This document shows, one piece after another, positions 63,001 through 64,000 of a stretch of DNA of 64,000 nt (positions are counted from its first letter, which is position 1; every line of letters begins with the position of its first letter). Made by a program: the position numbers and the translations under genes. The DNA is from Moniliella sp. 'wahieum' (taxonomy: Eukaryota). Under the pieces are notes generated by a model, which was not told the origin of the DNA, made no database searches, and saw nothing but the letters and a program-made list of their open reading frames with translations. The DNA lies in assembly GCA_003971905.1 (NCBI GenBank), contig RSEE01000088.1:62001-126000 (forward strand), written 5' to 3'.

Positions 63001-64000
63001 GGTTGCCAAGATTGCCAGTGGTGGTAGAGGAGATACCTGCACTTGATCCTGTCGTGGTTCCTGTGGTGGTGGCTCCTGCTGTGGCGTTTCCTGCTGCGGT
63101 GGTTCCGACTGTGGTGGCGGCGTTGGAGGACGTGGCGCCCCCCTGAACGGTGGTGAGGGTGGTAAATGCCTCGCTGGGCAGCGCGCCTGGTTGAACGAGG
63201 GCCTTGGTACGTGGTGTCGGGCCCAGCGGAGCGAGCGAGGCGGGTCCCGAAGCATACGGCACCTGCCCTGGTTGGGAGGCCAAGGCCGAGGCAAAGGATG
63301 AGGAAGGGGAAGAGGACGGGAGGGTGGTGGAGGAAGAAGCGCTAGGCGTAGGTCCGTCCCGGGCTTGCAGGTGGTGCCAGCCCGCCCGATTGGCCGCTGG
63401 GGTGGGCAAGGAGAGGGAGAAGCTCATAGCGCGTTGGCCGGAATTTAGAGACGGTGCTGCGGGCCTTGGTGGCACGCGCGAGCCGAAAGCCGATGTAGCA
63501 GCAGCAGCAGCAGGCGCAGCCGCCCGTGCCGACAAGGACGACAAGGACGACGATGGCAGCCGGAGCGCGGGCTCAGCGGCTCCCGCCGTATTCCCCGCTG
63601 GAGATGAAGTGGTGAGCGGGGTAATCGCACAGCCGTTGGAAGAGGAGGAAGCGAAGGTAGCAGTGGGCAAGGGGGTACGGGCGACGATGCGCGAGGCGTC
63701 GGGCAGGGCGGCGAGCGCAGCAAAGCCGCCCTTGACAAAGGCCAGTTGGCCCGCAAACGCTTGGTCGGCAAATTTGCGCAGCAAGCCTGCGATGCATGTC
63801 CCGCCACCGCCCAGGCCAGGCCGGCCGGCATCAGACAGTGAGGCCGTCGTCGCATCCAACACGACGATGCGTCGAATGGCGGTGCGCGGAGGCGAAACAG
63901 ACTCGCGCCAGCGATCAAACAGAAGACGTGGGGTGGGGCCCAGCTGGCCCTCGGCATTCCCGTCGGCATCTCCGAGCAACTCGGCGCTGACTTGGTCGAT
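60052..64000 (-). CDS. Protein tyrosine phosphatase (fungal Ptp2/Ptp3/Pyp type, rhodanese-like N-terminus); 5' end outside window; frameshifts; 3' end approximate
   Basis: NRYNNIWPFEHTRVRL, DYLNASF, YIVTQAPLPATFDAFW, QYLAWPDY, signature LVHCSAGVGRTG and REQRMS...RQYVFVH. The upstream rhodanese-like segment is IVVLD...LAFVKGGF. Confidence 0.9.

Noticed and set aside
464..64000. Programmed frameshifting or mass pseudogenisation
   Set aside because: Indels hit conserved housekeeping genes (CDC3, CGI121, ADE8, PACT protein) whose motifs are intact, often in homopolymers. This pattern is typical of unpolished long-read consensus error; short-read polishing would confirm.

Overview
This is a eukaryotic, GC-rich fungal window. 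Short GT-AG introns with GTACGT/GTGAGT donors and CTRAC branch points, plus the gene set, suggest a basidiomycete, possibly Ustilaginomycotina (inference). About 17 protein genes and one tRNA can be supported. They are: a GAR-transformylase (ADE8) domain embedded in a long Pro-rich protein, an F-box-like gene, a tandem pair of 7TM GPCR-like genes, RPL42, an intron-containing tRNA-Ile(AAT), the mitochondrial Obg GTPase MTG2, CGI121, a giant GAS2/GAR-domain coiled-coil protein, a 3xRRM protein, septin CDC3, a pericentrin/PACT (Pcp1-like) protein, a Dabb barrel protein, a 72-aa protein, an aromatic amino acid decarboxylase, a secreted GH1, a Pro-rich hypothetical, MPC1 and a 5'-truncated protein tyrosine phosphatase. 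Many CDSs carry 1-2 nt indels, most likely assembly errors, so several coordinates are approximate. The most unusual non-coding signals are four. (1) A window-wide 7-bp-period grammar, TNA-[4-bp palindrome]-TNA, using at least 12 different palindromic cores. (2) An LTR-relic nest at ~6.5-8.9 kb holding interstitial telomeric repeats followed by eight hairpin-forming 40-bp tandem units. (3) A 64/72-bp inverted repeat pair 51 kb apart. (4) Mosaic, gene-conversion-like identity between the two GPCR-like paralogs.
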